Part shown: piece by piece, positions 18,940 through 27,967 of the stretch | How the letters are laid out: the number at the start of each line of letters is the position of its first letter | Numbering within the stretch: position 1 is the stretch's first letter | Origin: Candidatus Woesearchaeota archaeon | Lineage (GTDB): Archaea > Nanobdellota > Nanobdellia > Woesearchaeales > GW2011-AR4 | Direction of reading: 5' to 3' | Length of the DNA: 64,000 nt | NCBI GenBank assembly: GCA_016187465.1 | Contig: JACPJQ010000005.1 | Coordinates: 163,183-227,182, forward strand | The notes under the pieces: generated by a model | Seen by the model: the letters and a program-made list of their open reading frames with translations, nothing else | Database searches by the model: none | Told to the model about the DNA's origin: nothing | Translations under genes and position numbers: made by a program

Positions 18940-19058
18940 GAGAGAAGCTTCATATTTTATTAAGTTATTGAATTTCAAACTGGCTTGCGGAAATCTGTTA
19001 TCACTATACAATTCTCACAATCAAAAGTTTTAAATACAAATAATAGGTATGCACAGTT

Positions 19059-20510
19059 ATGGGGGCGACTAATTCAAGATTTTTTTTTGTTTTGCTGTCA
19101 GTAGGAGCGGCAATCGGCCTCGGCAGCATATGGCTTTACCCTTTTTTTTCGTTTAAGATTACGGGCTTGTTTTTCATTCCTTATTCCATAGCTTTGGTAT
19201 TGCTGGGAATGCCTTTGCTAATGCTTGAATTTTCAATAGGGAGATACTTCAACAAAAATGTTGTGGATTTGTTTGCCTCGATAAGAAAATGGTTCAGCGG
19301 CATTGGATGGCTTATGATTTTTAATGTCTTTATTGTAATGAGCTTCTATGCTGTTGTGCTTTCATGGCATATAATATATTTTTTTGTCTCATTCGGGCTG
19401 CAGTGGAAAAATGGCGCTGAAGCGTACTTCTTCAACAATGTGCTGCAAGCATCTGAAGGATTTAAAGGATTCCTGCAATTTTCACTGCCGGTTTTTATTG
19501 CGCTGATGATGGCATGGATTGGCATATTCTTCTTCATTAGAAAAGGGTATGGAAGCATTAAAAAGGCGTTTTTGGCAACAATCCCTATATTCGCTTTTTT
19601 AGTTATTTTATTTTTTGTGTATTCCTTAACTCTGGACAACGCCTTATTTGGCGTTTATTCTTTCTTAAAGCCAAGATTTAATCAGCTGCTTAAGTTAGAC
19701 ATATGGTTTGATTCATTCTCTCTTGCAGTGCTTTATTTAGGATTGTCTTTCGGGATTATGCATGCTTTGGGGGGGAAGAGCGAAGGAAATTTCATAGTCG
19801 GAAATTCACTGATTGTTGTAATTTTAAAAGTTTTGGTTAGCATTGCATTCAGCTTTATTTTATTCGGGATACTTGGATTTTTAAGCATGGAGAAAGGTAT
19901 TGATTTGGACAAGCTTGTTTTTTCTGATTTTGGCTCTGAATTCACAATTTTGGCGCAGGCATTTCCTTTATTTTACAGGCCGGCATTGCTCAGTCTTCTG
20001 TTTTTCATATTTTTATCGCTTTTCTTTTTGCTGGGAGCCGCATCTTTGGCTAGTTCCATGTCGCATGTAATTGTCCATAAATTCAAAACAAAGCATGTAA
20101 ATGCAGCGATTATAGTAACTGGCTTTGGGTTTTTATTTGGGCTTCTGTTCATAATAAAGCCAGGTTATTACATAATGGACATTGTGAGCCACTTTGTTTA
20201 TTATAATATCGTTCTTTGTATTTTGCTTGAGGTGATTGCTGTCGGCTGGTTTTTTGAAATTGAGAGAATAGCTGAATATATCAACCAGTACTCTATATTA
20301 AAGATAGGAGGTATATGGGCATTTATTGTTAAATACTTCGCGCCGTTAATTTTATTTGCGCTGCTGTTTTTGCAGATAAAGAGTGACTTTGCAGCCCCGT
20401 ATAAAGGCTATCCATTATGGGCCTTGCTTGTTTTCGGAGTTGGCACTGTTGTTGTTCCGCTTATTGTTGCATTTCTAATGCCGCAAAAGATTCTTGACAG
20501 AAAAAAGTAA
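19059..20510 (+). CDS. Neurotransmitter:sodium symporter (NSS/SNF) family transporter
   Basis: 483 aa polytopic protein. The N-terminal FVLLSVGAAIGLGSIWLYPF and GMPLLMLEFSIGRY resemble the NSS TM1/TM2 signature. Confidence 0.8.
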   Translation: MGATNSRFFFVLLSVGAAIGLGSIWLYPFFSFKITGLFFIPYSIALVLLGMPLLMLEFSIGRYFNKNVVDLFASIRKWFSGIGWLMIFNVFIVMSFYAVVLSWHIIYFFVSFGLQWKNGAEAYFFNNVLQASEGFKGFLQFSLPVFIALMMAWIGIFFFIRKGYGSIKKAFLATIPIFAFLVILFFVYSLTLDNALFGVYSFLKPRFNQLLKLDIWFDSFSLAVLYLGLSFGIMHALGGKSEGNFIVGNSLIVVILKVLVSIAFSFILFGILGFLSMEKGIDLDKLVFSDFGSEFTILAQAFPLFYRPALLSLLFFIFLSLFFLLGAASLASSMSHVIVHKFKTKHVNAAIIVTGFGFLFGLLFIIKPGYYIMDIVSHFVYYNIVLCILLEVIAVGWFFEIERIAEYINQYSILKIGGIWAFIVKYFAPLILFALLFLQIKSDFAAPYKGYPLWALLVFGVGTVVVPLIVAFLMPQKILDRKK

Positions 20511-20548
20511 CCAAAACCTTTTTATTCGGGTTTTTAATACCCCAATAC

Positions 20549-21472
20549 ATGGTTGACTGGTTTTCAATTGGTCTCATAGTTATAGGTCTTGCCCTATTTG
20601 AAGTGATAATAAGCATAGACAATGCAATTATTAATGCCGAAGTCCTCGGCACAATGTCCAAAAAAGCAAGAAGATGGTTTCTGCTGTGGGGCATTTTAAT
20701 TGCAGTTTTCTTGGTTAGGGGGCTATTGCCTTGGACGATTTTATGGATAAGCAATCCATCGCTTGGATTTTTAGGCTCCTTCACGGCTTCTTTCAGCTCC
20801 GACCCAAATGTCGCAAAGGTTATAGAGGAGTCTGCACCCACATTGTTGATTGGAGGCGGCACATTTCTCATATTCCTGTTCTTTCACTGGCTTTTTTTGG
20901 AGCCAAAGCACTACGGGCTGATTGGGGAAAAGTTTATTGAGAGGCAGGGAGTCTGGTTCTTTGCAGTTGTTTCTGTTTTGCTTGTTGCGATTGTATGGTT
21001 CTCAATCAAAATAAATCCATTAATGGCATTGGGCGCAGTGATAGGCTCAAGCGCATTTTTTATCACGCATGGGTTCAAGGAAAATGCTGAGCAGGCTGAA
21101 AAGAGAATGCTTGAAGGCAGCACTCACATGTCCGATATCAGCAAAATATTTTATCTTGAGGTCATTGACACCACATTTTCTATTGACGGTATTTTGGGGG
21201 CATTTGCGTTTACTTTTGTCCTGCCCATAATATTGGTGGGGAATGGCATAGGGGCAATTGTCGTAAGGCAGCTCACAGTAATGAACATTGAAAATGTCAA
21301 AAAATACAAGTACTTGAAGAATGGCGCAATGTATTCCATATTTGCATTAGGCATAGTGATGACGGGCCATAGCTTTGGAATGCACATACCGGAATGGCTT
21401 TCTCCTGTTGTGACTTTCATGATAATAGGGTTTTTCTTCTGGAAGTCATACAAAGATCTCAAAAAACAATAA
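20549..21472 (+). CDS. TerC-like integral membrane protein (DUF475 type)
   Basis: 307 aa polytopic protein. It carries the motif FEVIISIDNAIINAEVL, with a second half-repeat EVIDTTFSIDGILGAFAF. Confidence 0.75.
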   Translation: MVDWFSIGLIVIGLALFEVIISIDNAIINAEVLGTMSKKARRWFLLWGILIAVFLVRGLLPWTILWISNPSLGFLGSFTASFSSDPNVAKVIEESAPTLLIGGGTFLIFLFFHWLFLEPKHYGLIGEKFIERQGVWFFAVVSVLLVAIVWFSIKINPLMALGAVIGSSAFFITHGFKENAEQAEKRMLEGSTHMSDISKIFYLEVIDTTFSIDGILGAFAFTFVLPIILVGNGIGAIVVRQLTVMNIENVKKYKYLKNGAMYSIFALGIVMTGHSFGMHIPEWLSPVVTFMIIGFFFWKSYKDLKKQ

Positions 21473-21704
21473 AATTAAAAAGAAATTAGCCAAATCTCAA
21501 TAAAAAGGTTAATCAGATTAACATACATTCAATACGGTCAAACATTAATAAAAATTCAATAACGAAAAATCCATTCACGATTAAATTAAAAAAAGATGAA
21601 TAAATAGGCGAGGCGGAGAGGCTGTTAGCAAAATGCAGAAAGAAGTAATATAGGCTGCCTTTGCCGCCGAACACAAGAATATGCGAGCAAAGCGAGTGGA
21701 TTGA

Positions 21705-21944
21705 AAAATTGAAAATAAAATAATAAAGCGAGAAGGAATTAAAACCAAATTAATTGAAGGAGAATTATGCATCGGCTTAGCAGCTACAGCTAAATTTATA
21801 GAGGTTTCCAGAATGACCGCTTCTAGATTGTATAAAAGAGGGATTTATGAAAGATGTTATATAGACCCAATGAATGACCGTTTATACATACCCATAGAAG
21901 TTGTCGAAAAGCTAAGACCAGACAATAGAATGGTGAAAATTTAA
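21705..21944 (+). pseudogene. Excisionase/MerR-like HTH gene, apparently frameshifted right after its start codon
   Basis: The open frame encodes ..ELCIGLAATAKFIEVSRMTASRLYKRGIYERCYIDPMNDRLYIPIEVVEKLRPDNRMVKI* (HTH plus wing), but has no ATG/GTG/TTG before the helix-turn-helix. A GGAG at 21759-62 followed by ATG at 21767 lies in the neighbouring frame and terminates after 8 codons. Confidence 0.45.
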
Positions 21945-21953
21945 AGTTATAAA

Positions 21954-23492
21954 ATGGAAAAACCAAAATTAACAATTGATGAGATGGCTGTTTTCTGCAA
22001 GAGGAAGGGGTTTGTTTACCCAAGCGGCGAGATATACGGCGGAATATCTGGATTCTATGATTTTGGCCATCTGGGAGTTGAGCTGAAGAATAACATAAAG
22101 AAGGAGTGGTGGAACACGTTTGTCCAGCAAAGGGATGATATTGTCGGCATAGACGGCAGCATAATCACCCATCCGATGGTATGGGAAGCATCCGGTCATG
22201 TGGACGGCTTCACAGATGTTATTGTTGACTGCAGGAAATGCGGCTCAAGGTTCAGGGGCGACCAGCTGATTGAAGACAAGCACAAGGTTTCCACAGCAGG
22301 CATTTCATTGGAGGATATAAAAAGCAGCTTGAAAAAAGACAAGATAAAATGCCAGAAGTGCGGCTCTGAGCTTGGAGATCCAAAAAACTTTAATCTGATG
22401 TTCGCAATAAATATAGGCCCGGTACAGACATCAAGCTCTGTGGCATTTCTAAGGCCTGAGACAGCGCAGCTTATCTTCTCGAATTTCCGCCTTGTGCAGG
22501 AAAATGCAAGGCTCAAGCTGCCTTTCGGCATTGCCCAAATCGGAAAATCTTTCAGGAATGAGATTTCTCCCAGGGATTTCCTGTTCAGGATGAGGGAATT
22601 CGAGCAGATGGAGATAGAATATTTTGTTCATCCTGAAAAGCAGTCAGAATGCAGCTTTGTTGATGAAGTGCTGGATTATGAAATGAATGTTTATTCTGCA
22701 GACATGCAAAAAAACAACAAGAAGATGGAAAGAATGATGATAAAAGACTGCCTCAGCAAAAAAATCATAAAAACAAGATGGCATGCCTACTGGCTTGCGG
22801 TGATGCACAAATGGTTTGTAGAGCTTGGTGCTGATCCAAGTCATTTCAGGATAAGGCAGCATGTAAAAGATGAGTTAAGCCATTATGCCCTTGACACGTG
22901 GGATCTGGAATATGAGTTTCCATTTGGATGGAAAGAGCTGCAAGGCCTTTCAAACAGGACAGATTTTGACTTGAAGCAGCACATGGAGCACTCAAAAAGC
23001 GACTTGAGCATTTTTGACGAGGAAACAAAGAAAAAAATTCTGCCTCATGTCATCTGCGAGCCGTCTCAGGGCGTTGAAAGGGCTTTTTTGGTTTTTATGT
23101 TTGACGCTTACCACTATGACAAGTCAAGGGAAAATGTTGTTTTGAAACTTCATCCGAAGCTTGCTCCCATCAAGCTTGGTGTTTTTCCCTTGGTGTCAAA
23201 CAAAGCAGACATTGTGGCAAAAGCAAGAAATGTTTACAATGATTTAAGAAGAGAATGGACATGCACATTTGACATTTCAGGCTCAATCGGAAGAAGATAT
23301 GCAAGAGGGGACGAAACTGGAATATACGCATGCATTACGATTGACTTTGAAACCTTGGATGATGAAAGCGTCACAGTCCGCTCAAGGGACACCACAGAGC
23401 AGGTAAGGGTCAAGATAAAGGATTTAAAGGAAGTTCTCAGGAAGTTCATGGAAGGCGAGAAATTGGGAAAGCTTGGAAAGAGTGTGGAATAA
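21954..23492 (+). CDS. glyS: Glycyl-tRNA synthetase, archaeal/eukaryal dimeric type
   Basis: 512 aa. The N-terminal CKRKGFVYPSGEIYGGISGFYDFGHLGVELKNNIKKEWW, class II motifs (FRNEISPRDFLFRMREFEQME) and a C-terminal anticodon-binding domain are typical of this family. Confidence 0.95.
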   Translation: MEKPKLTIDEMAVFCKRKGFVYPSGEIYGGISGFYDFGHLGVELKNNIKKEWWNTFVQQRDDIVGIDGSIITHPMVWEASGHVDGFTDVIVDCRKCGSRFRGDQLIEDKHKVSTAGISLEDIKSSLKKDKIKCQKCGSELGDPKNFNLMFAINIGPVQTSSSVAFLRPETAQLIFSNFRLVQENARLKLPFGIAQIGKSFRNEISPRDFLFRMREFEQMEIEYFVHPEKQSECSFVDEVLDYEMNVYSADMQKNNKKMERMMIKDCLSKKIIKTRWHAYWLAVMHKWFVELGADPSHFRIRQHVKDELSHYALDTWDLEYEFPFGWKELQGLSNRTDFDLKQHMEHSKSDLSIFDEETKKKILPHVICEPSQGVERAFLVFMFDAYHYDKSRENVVLKLHPKLAPIKLGVFPLVSNKADIVAKARNVYNDLRREWTCTFDISGSIGRRYARGDETGIYACITIDFETLDDESVTVRSRDTTEQVRVKIKDLKEVLRKFMEGEKLGKLGKSVE

Positions 23493-23499
23493 GGCTGAT

Positions 23500-24132
23500 T
23501 TACATTATTTTAGCAGAAGCATCGCCTTTAAAATCAAGCGCGGAGTCATTTGCTACTAATGCCTGTAATGAAGCTGGTGCTAATGGTTCTTTTGAATTTA
23601 TAAGGCTTAGTATACTTTCTTTAGCATTTTCGTGGGATTTCTTAACAGACTGTTCTACCGTATTGCCTTTAAGCAACGATTTTACTATTATATTGGAACA
23701 TTCCATTATTGGTCTGGCTATTTTATCTTTTAAAGGCGTTGCCTCATATTTGTGGTCTCTTGCAATCCAAAATGGATTTTTGTATCCGATAAAAGAATAG
23801 CCCCCATTTTCTATGGCTGCAGGCCCCAGCTTAACCAAGCAGTTGCATGCAATAGCATAGGTTACAATTTCCTTGAATACATCAGCAGAATCTACGTTTA
23901 TGAATTCTTGCTCCTGATTATTGAAAAGGGAAGTATCACTTCCATGGCCATTAAAAAATATAAAACTAGGCTTCTTGTTTTTTATCCTGCTTCTTAAATT
24001 AGTTTCAGAAACATTAATTCCTTCAATTCTTGCTACTTTAAAACCTTTATTTTCAGCTTCTTTAATCAATTCTTCGCTGAAAGCAAAAAGATAAGAAGTT
24101 GCAATATCGTGATTAGTTCTTATTACTATCAT
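23500..24132 (-). CDS. Small clan-CD-like (caspase/gingipain-fold) His-Cys protein, 210 aa
   Basis: Strand-loop pattern with FIFFNGHGS (His63) and TYAIACNC (Cys96/98) 33 residues apart, as in clan CD cysteine peptidases. The assignment rests on the motif only. Confidence 0.6.
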   Translation of the reverse strand: MIVIRTNHDIATSYLFAFSEELIKEAENKGFKVARIEGINVSETNLRSRIKNKKPSFIFFNGHGSDTSLFNNQEQEFINVDSADVFKEIVTYAIACNCLVKLGPAAIENGGYSFIGYKNPFWIARDHKYEATPLKDKIARPIMECSNIIVKSLLKGNTVEQSVKKSHENAKESILSLINSKEPLAPASLQALVANDSALDFKGDASAKIM

Positions 24133-24134
24133 TT

Positions 24135-24347
24135 TTATTGAGTATTCAAAATCCCAGGCATTTTTCTGATAAATGCAAGCTGCATGTCAATTGTAGCCTT
24201 TCCTATTTCAGTGCCCTGCTCCACCTGCTCTATCAGTTCATTTCTGGTGTAATCCCCAAAATTGCCCACAGAAAAGCTTATATCAGGGGGCATAGCCAAA
24301 AGCCTTGCTTTTACCAGATTTTTTAGATAATTTACGTCTATTTCCAT
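24135..24347 (-). CDS. Hypothetical small protein (70 aa)
   Basis: Track ORF. Its stop is 2 nt from the start of the 210-aa gene, suggesting one operon. Confidence 0.5.
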   Translation of the reverse strand: MEIDVNYLKNLVKARLLAMPPDISFSVGNFGDYTRNELIEQVEQGTEIGKATIDMQLAFIRKMPGILNTQ

Positions 24348-24357
24348 TTATGAACAC

Positions 24358-24558
24358 CTACAATAGACTTATTTGTTTTAGATGTGTTAATATAACTTGT
24401 GATTTGGGCGTATTACTCATGATTTCACTATATGCTGCGCTCCATGAAACCGGCTGACTGTCAACTAAAGCGATTATCTCATTTCTTAAGGGTAAAGGTA
24501 CGCTTGCGAACAATTGTAAGAATTTTGCCTTTAAAACCTCGTATTCCTCTTTGTCCAT
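24358..24558 (-). CDS. Hypothetical small protein (66 aa)
   Basis: Track ORF, 10 nt upstream of the 70-aa gene on the same strand. Confidence 0.5.
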   Translation of the reverse strand: MDKEEYEVLKAKFLQLFASVPLPLRNEIIALVDSQPVSWSAAYSEIMSNTPKSQVILTHLKQISLL

Positions 24559-24645
24559 TAATTAAGCCTCCAAAAGATATATGGTTAGGGTATATTTAAA
24601 GTTTTTGATGAATTATTTTTCTATATTGTAAATAATAACTAAATT

Positions 24646-25014
24646 TCATTTTTTTGTTTGCGCATTCTCTTTTTCAATATCTTTTATAGTTTTTAGAGCT
24701 ATTTGAATTCCTGCTAGAAAAGAAATTTCAGCTAATTCTTTTCTTGACATTTCTTTAAATTCTTCTTTTTGATCCTTCCATAATTTTGGAAATATTTCCT
24801 CCATAGCATAGCTCATGACCATATCCGGCATCGCCTGCATGGCTTTTTCTGTCGGAATGGCAACATGGATTTTTTCAATTTCCTCATCAGAAACTTCTTC
24901 CTTCAAACCCAAAAAGCAGTCATAACAAGCGTGCTTTTGCGCTACCATATCTACTGGGCATGGTATTTCCTTACCACAAAAATTACAATTGACCTTAACT
25001 TCGTTTGACTCCAT
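24646..25014 (-). CDS. Zinc-ribbon hypothetical protein (122 aa)
   Basis: N-terminal CNFCGKEIPCPVDMVAQKHACYDC (CxxC...CxxC), followed by an acidic helical tail. Confidence 0.6.
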   Translation of the reverse strand: MESNEVKVNCNFCGKEIPCPVDMVAQKHACYDCFLGLKEEVSDEEIEKIHVAIPTEKAMQAMPDMVMSYAMEEIFPKLWKDQKEEFKEMSRKELAEISFLAGIQIALKTIKDIEKENAQTKK

Positions 25015-25022
25015 TTTAATAC

Positions 25023-25142
25023 ATTATCTCAAGCTCTCTTCAATTATCTTCTTTTCTTCTTCAGTTATTCCGTACAATTGATAGACTAATTCATCAATTT
25101 CATTGTCTGTTTTTTGGATTTTGTTTGATTTTTCTGCAATTA
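25023..25142 (-). pseudogene. Remnant of the C-terminus of a restriction-modification methyltransferase/type IIG enzyme
   Basis: A 39-codon frame with no start, bounded upstream by TAG, reads VIAEKSNKIQKTDNEIDELVYQLYGITEEEKKIIEESLR*. The I..LVY.LYGLTEEE..II tail is the characteristic C-terminal end of many N6-adenine methyltransferase/RM fusion proteins. Confidence 0.45.
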
Positions 25143-25171
25143 CCTAATTAATTTTGGTTCTTAAATATAAG

Positions 25172-27064
25172 TTAATTATAATCTCTTGTGTGAAATTTGT
25201 TCAATCTTTCCTGTATATATCTGCTCAAATTTTTATCACAACAATAAACATAACATCCTTTTTGGCCCCTAGTCATTAAAGTCCTATAAGTATTTTTTAT
25301 AATTTCATCTGCAATCTTATTTGCTTTATCTGGGTTTTCTTTTGCTATTCTTTTAATCCCTTTTAGTGATTGGTCTGTTTTTGCACGTTTAGTATAATCT
25401 GTAATGATTTTGCCTTGTTCATATCTCATATCCTCACCAAAGATTACTCCAACATATTCAAACTCAAGACCTTGACAGGTATGAATACAACCTACTTCTT
25501 TGATAGATCTGGGGTCAATGGCCCAAGTAAGAGTATTTGCAAGATTCCAGCTAGCCTTGAAGTTTGTCCCTGGAATAGAAATATCGAACATATCAGGCCT
25601 ATTTTTACTCTCGCCTATCCAATTCCAGCAATATCCTGCAACTAATCGAGACTTATTGTTAGTCTTGTTTTTATCTTCAATAAATTTTCTTAATTCTTCT
25701 GGATCATCAATGACTCGGACATCATAGCGCATATCAAATCCATCAAAGTTTGCGGTTTCTCTTATTCCTAGCACGTCATCAAGCCATGCGAGATACCCAT
25801 CAGATCCGTTGCATCTGAATTGGGATTCTATTTTGACTACATCGACTTCTGCATGCTCATTTTTTACAAATTTTTGAATTTCTTCCACTCTCCCTATATC
25901 ATGGATATCTACTCTTTGGTTTTCATCAATGAAGAATATTGACGCCTTGGCAGCATGAATTATTTCTTTAATTTGATTCTCCCCCTTATTCTTAAACATC
26001 CCTGATTTCTCGTTCAATCTATGGGCCTCATCAGCTATTAATGCACCGAATTCGTTGTTTTTGGAATTAACATAACTTCCTGAACCTTTAAAGAGGTTAT
26101 CAATTCTTGTTTTTTTGAGGTTCCCACTTAATTTGAAGGAGTATACATTTCTTGGAGTTGAGTTTTTTGTAACATACTGGCAAACTAAGTCTTCATTGGT
26201 TAATTGTACTAGAAGATTCATCGCAATTACTGTCTTTCCAGTTCCAGGCCCACCTTCAACAATCAAAACTCTCTTCTTCCCGTCACTGTGTGATTTTCTT
26301 GCGATGCTTAATGCCTTCTCGTATACAACCTTCTGATCATCTATTAATGTGAACTCAGGATTCCCGTTTAACATATTGGACAAGGAATCCTGGAGAGATT
26401 TTGAGGGTTTTATCTTTCCATTTTCGATAATGTAGAGGGTCTCTTTGTTATCTCCATACTTGACGTATCTTTTAATAAAGTCCCTTAATTTTGATATATC
26501 TCCTTTCATGAATATTGGGGCTTTTGAAACATAATACTGATAGCTGCTGTCAACGAGGGGTTCTGGATTTTTTCTTTCGTAGTTGTGTAAGTATGCGCAA
26601 GGGTACAATTCTATCTTTTTGATCTGAACTGATTCATTGTAGTCCTCTATTAAAGAAGAATAACTCCATGCTTGGTAGGAGGGGTGGTTTGTTTGTACCT
26701 GGCGGCCCTGCATCATAGTTTTAACTTGAGCTTCCTGCCCCTCTACTTTCTGAACTTCCTGCCACTGCTTTAGTTCAATGATGATGAGAACATTCTTTTG
26801 GAATTTATCTTTCCCGGAAAGGAGGAAATCAATTTTGCAAGTGGTATAGGGAATCTTAAACTCAATAGAAACTCCAGATGTTTGTGGAATACTGATGTCA
26901 TTCAAGGCTATATACATAAAACTCATTGAATTGTTCCATGACCTTTTCATTGACTCATGAGGACGACCAATAAGAGCAAGGTATTTTTCCTCTATCTTTT
27001 TGTTGATATCACCTGCTTCAACATCATTCAAAAAATCCTGCTTGGTGGACTCATAGATTATCAT
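25172..27064 (-). CDS. DUF2075-family (Schlafen-helicase-like) P-loop NTPase with N-terminal nuclease-like region
   Basis: 630 aa. Walker A VEGGPGTGKTVIA, Walker B ALIADEAHRL, C-terminal CIHTCQGLEFEYVGVIFGED. The N-terminal KIDFLLSG...VLIIIELKQW resembles a PD-(D/E)xK core. Confidence 0.88.
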   Translation of the reverse strand: MIIYESTKQDFLNDVEAGDINKKIEEKYLALIGRPHESMKRSWNNSMSFMYIALNDISIPQTSGVSIEFKIPYTTCKIDFLLSGKDKFQKNVLIIIELKQWQEVQKVEGQEAQVKTMMQGRQVQTNHPSYQAWSYSSLIEDYNESVQIKKIELYPCAYLHNYERKNPEPLVDSSYQYYVSKAPIFMKGDISKLRDFIKRYVKYGDNKETLYIIENGKIKPSKSLQDSLSNMLNGNPEFTLIDDQKVVYEKALSIARKSHSDGKKRVLIVEGGPGTGKTVIAMNLLVQLTNEDLVCQYVTKNSTPRNVYSFKLSGNLKKTRIDNLFKGSGSYVNSKNNEFGALIADEAHRLNEKSGMFKNKGENQIKEIIHAAKASIFFIDENQRVDIHDIGRVEEIQKFVKNEHAEVDVVKIESQFRCNGSDGYLAWLDDVLGIRETANFDGFDMRYDVRVIDDPEELRKFIEDKNKTNNKSRLVAGYCWNWIGESKNRPDMFDISIPGTNFKASWNLANTLTWAIDPRSIKEVGCIHTCQGLEFEYVGVIFGEDMRYEQGKIITDYTKRAKTDQSLKGIKRIAKENPDKANKIADEIIKNTYRTLMTRGQKGCYVYCCDKNLSRYIQERLNKFHTRDYN

Positions 27065-27417
27065 AATTCACCATATTTCTTATTGGATCCTTTGGATTTC
27101 TCAATAGGGTACTTTTCGGTGTTTTTCTTTAGTTTCTTATCTAATTCCTCACTTAAGTCAATATCATATTTTTGAGCAAGTCTTAAAACAAAATAAAATA
27201 TATCACTTAACTCTTCGGAAATTCCATCTTTATTTGTTCTGATTATACTTTCAGATTCTTCATTAGATTTAAACCTGAAATGTTCCAATAATTCAGAAGA
27301 TTCAGTAATAATCCCTATTGCCAAATCTTTTGGATTATGAAAGTTATCCCAATCTCTATCTTCACAGAATTTCTTAACTTTATTTTTCAAATTGTCTATT
27401 GTGGTTTTTGAGTCCAT
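27061..27417 (-). CDS. MazG-like nucleotide pyrophosphohydrolase
   Basis: 118 aa all-alpha protein. Motifs RDWDNFHNPKDLAIGIITESSELLEHF and EELSDIFYFVLRLAQKYDIDL (EExxE/D metal-binding helices). Its stop overlaps the DUF2075 start by 4 nt. Confidence 0.88.
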   Translation of the reverse strand: MDSKTTIDNLKNKVKKFCEDRDWDNFHNPKDLAIGIITESSELLEHFRFKSNEESESIIRTNKDGISEELSDIFYFVLRLAQKYDIDLSEELDKKLKKNTEKYPIEKSKGSNKKYGEL

Positions 27418-27427
27418 CTATGGTAAT

Positions 27428-27550
27428 TTATTGATGTTTCTTAATAAATTTTACTTGATTTTCAGACTTATGATCCAATTCTTCTTTGGTATAACTAGAG
27501 AATTCTTTAACTAATTTAGATATATCTTCTTTAGACTTTCCCCCATCCAT
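27428..27550 (-). CDS. Possible 40-aa ORF
   Basis: My translation is MDGGKSKEDISKLVKEFSSYTKEELDHKSENQVKFIKKHQ*. It is supported only by position between two same-strand genes. Confidence 0.25.
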   Translation of the reverse strand: MDGGKSKEDISKLVKEFSSYTKEELDHKSENQVKFIKKHQ

Positions 27551-27595
27551 AGCCAGAAGTCAAGCATAACCCTATAAAAACATTTCTTATTGAGT

Positions 27596-27778
27596 TTAAC
27601 CAGCATCAGAATTTGGCAATTTTCCTTTAAATCTTTTTTGCTCTTGATAATAATGTTTTCTGCATAAATAGATCCAACCACGATTCTTATATTTTCCTCC
27701 TAAAAGGCTTGGGAAAACTTCCCTGTAAGCCTTGTTTTTACAAGTGCCATTGTAATCACATTTGGGAATTTTCATCAT
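27596..27778 (-). CDS. Small Cys/His-rich hypothetical protein (60 aa)
   Basis: Track ORF with C..(5)..C ... C..H spacing (KCDYNGTCKNK ... LCRKH). Confidence 0.4.
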   Translation of the reverse strand: MMKIPKCDYNGTCKNKAYREVFPSLLGGKYKNRGWIYLCRKHYYQEQKRFKGKLPNSDAG

Positions 27779-27935
27779 TTTTGTTTGCAGTTATTTTATA
27801 TTTAAAACTTACTGACCACTGGACATCCTTGGCTAAAATATTTAAACCTCAAAAAACTGCCAAAAGCGAAAAGTGGGGGCTATATAGCAAAAACGCAAAA
27901 ACAAAATCTTTAAATATAAGGGGTGCTTGAAAAAC

Positions 27936-27951
27936 CTACTACATGTAGTAT
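27936..27951. promoter_or_regulatory. NrdR-box-like palindrome 1 (TACTACATGTAGTA)
   Basis: A 14-bp perfect palindrome at 27937-27950. It matches 11 of 16 positions of the NrdR consensus acaCwAtATaTwGtgt as I remember it. Confidence 0.45.
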
Positions 27952-27967
27952 ATCGACGCTACCTTAC

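Noticed and set aside
21581-22023. Minus-strand ORFs of 63 and 66 aa between the DUF475 gene and glyS
   Set aside because: They are antisense to the HTH-encoding frame and to the glyS start region, with hydrophobic low-complexity translations.
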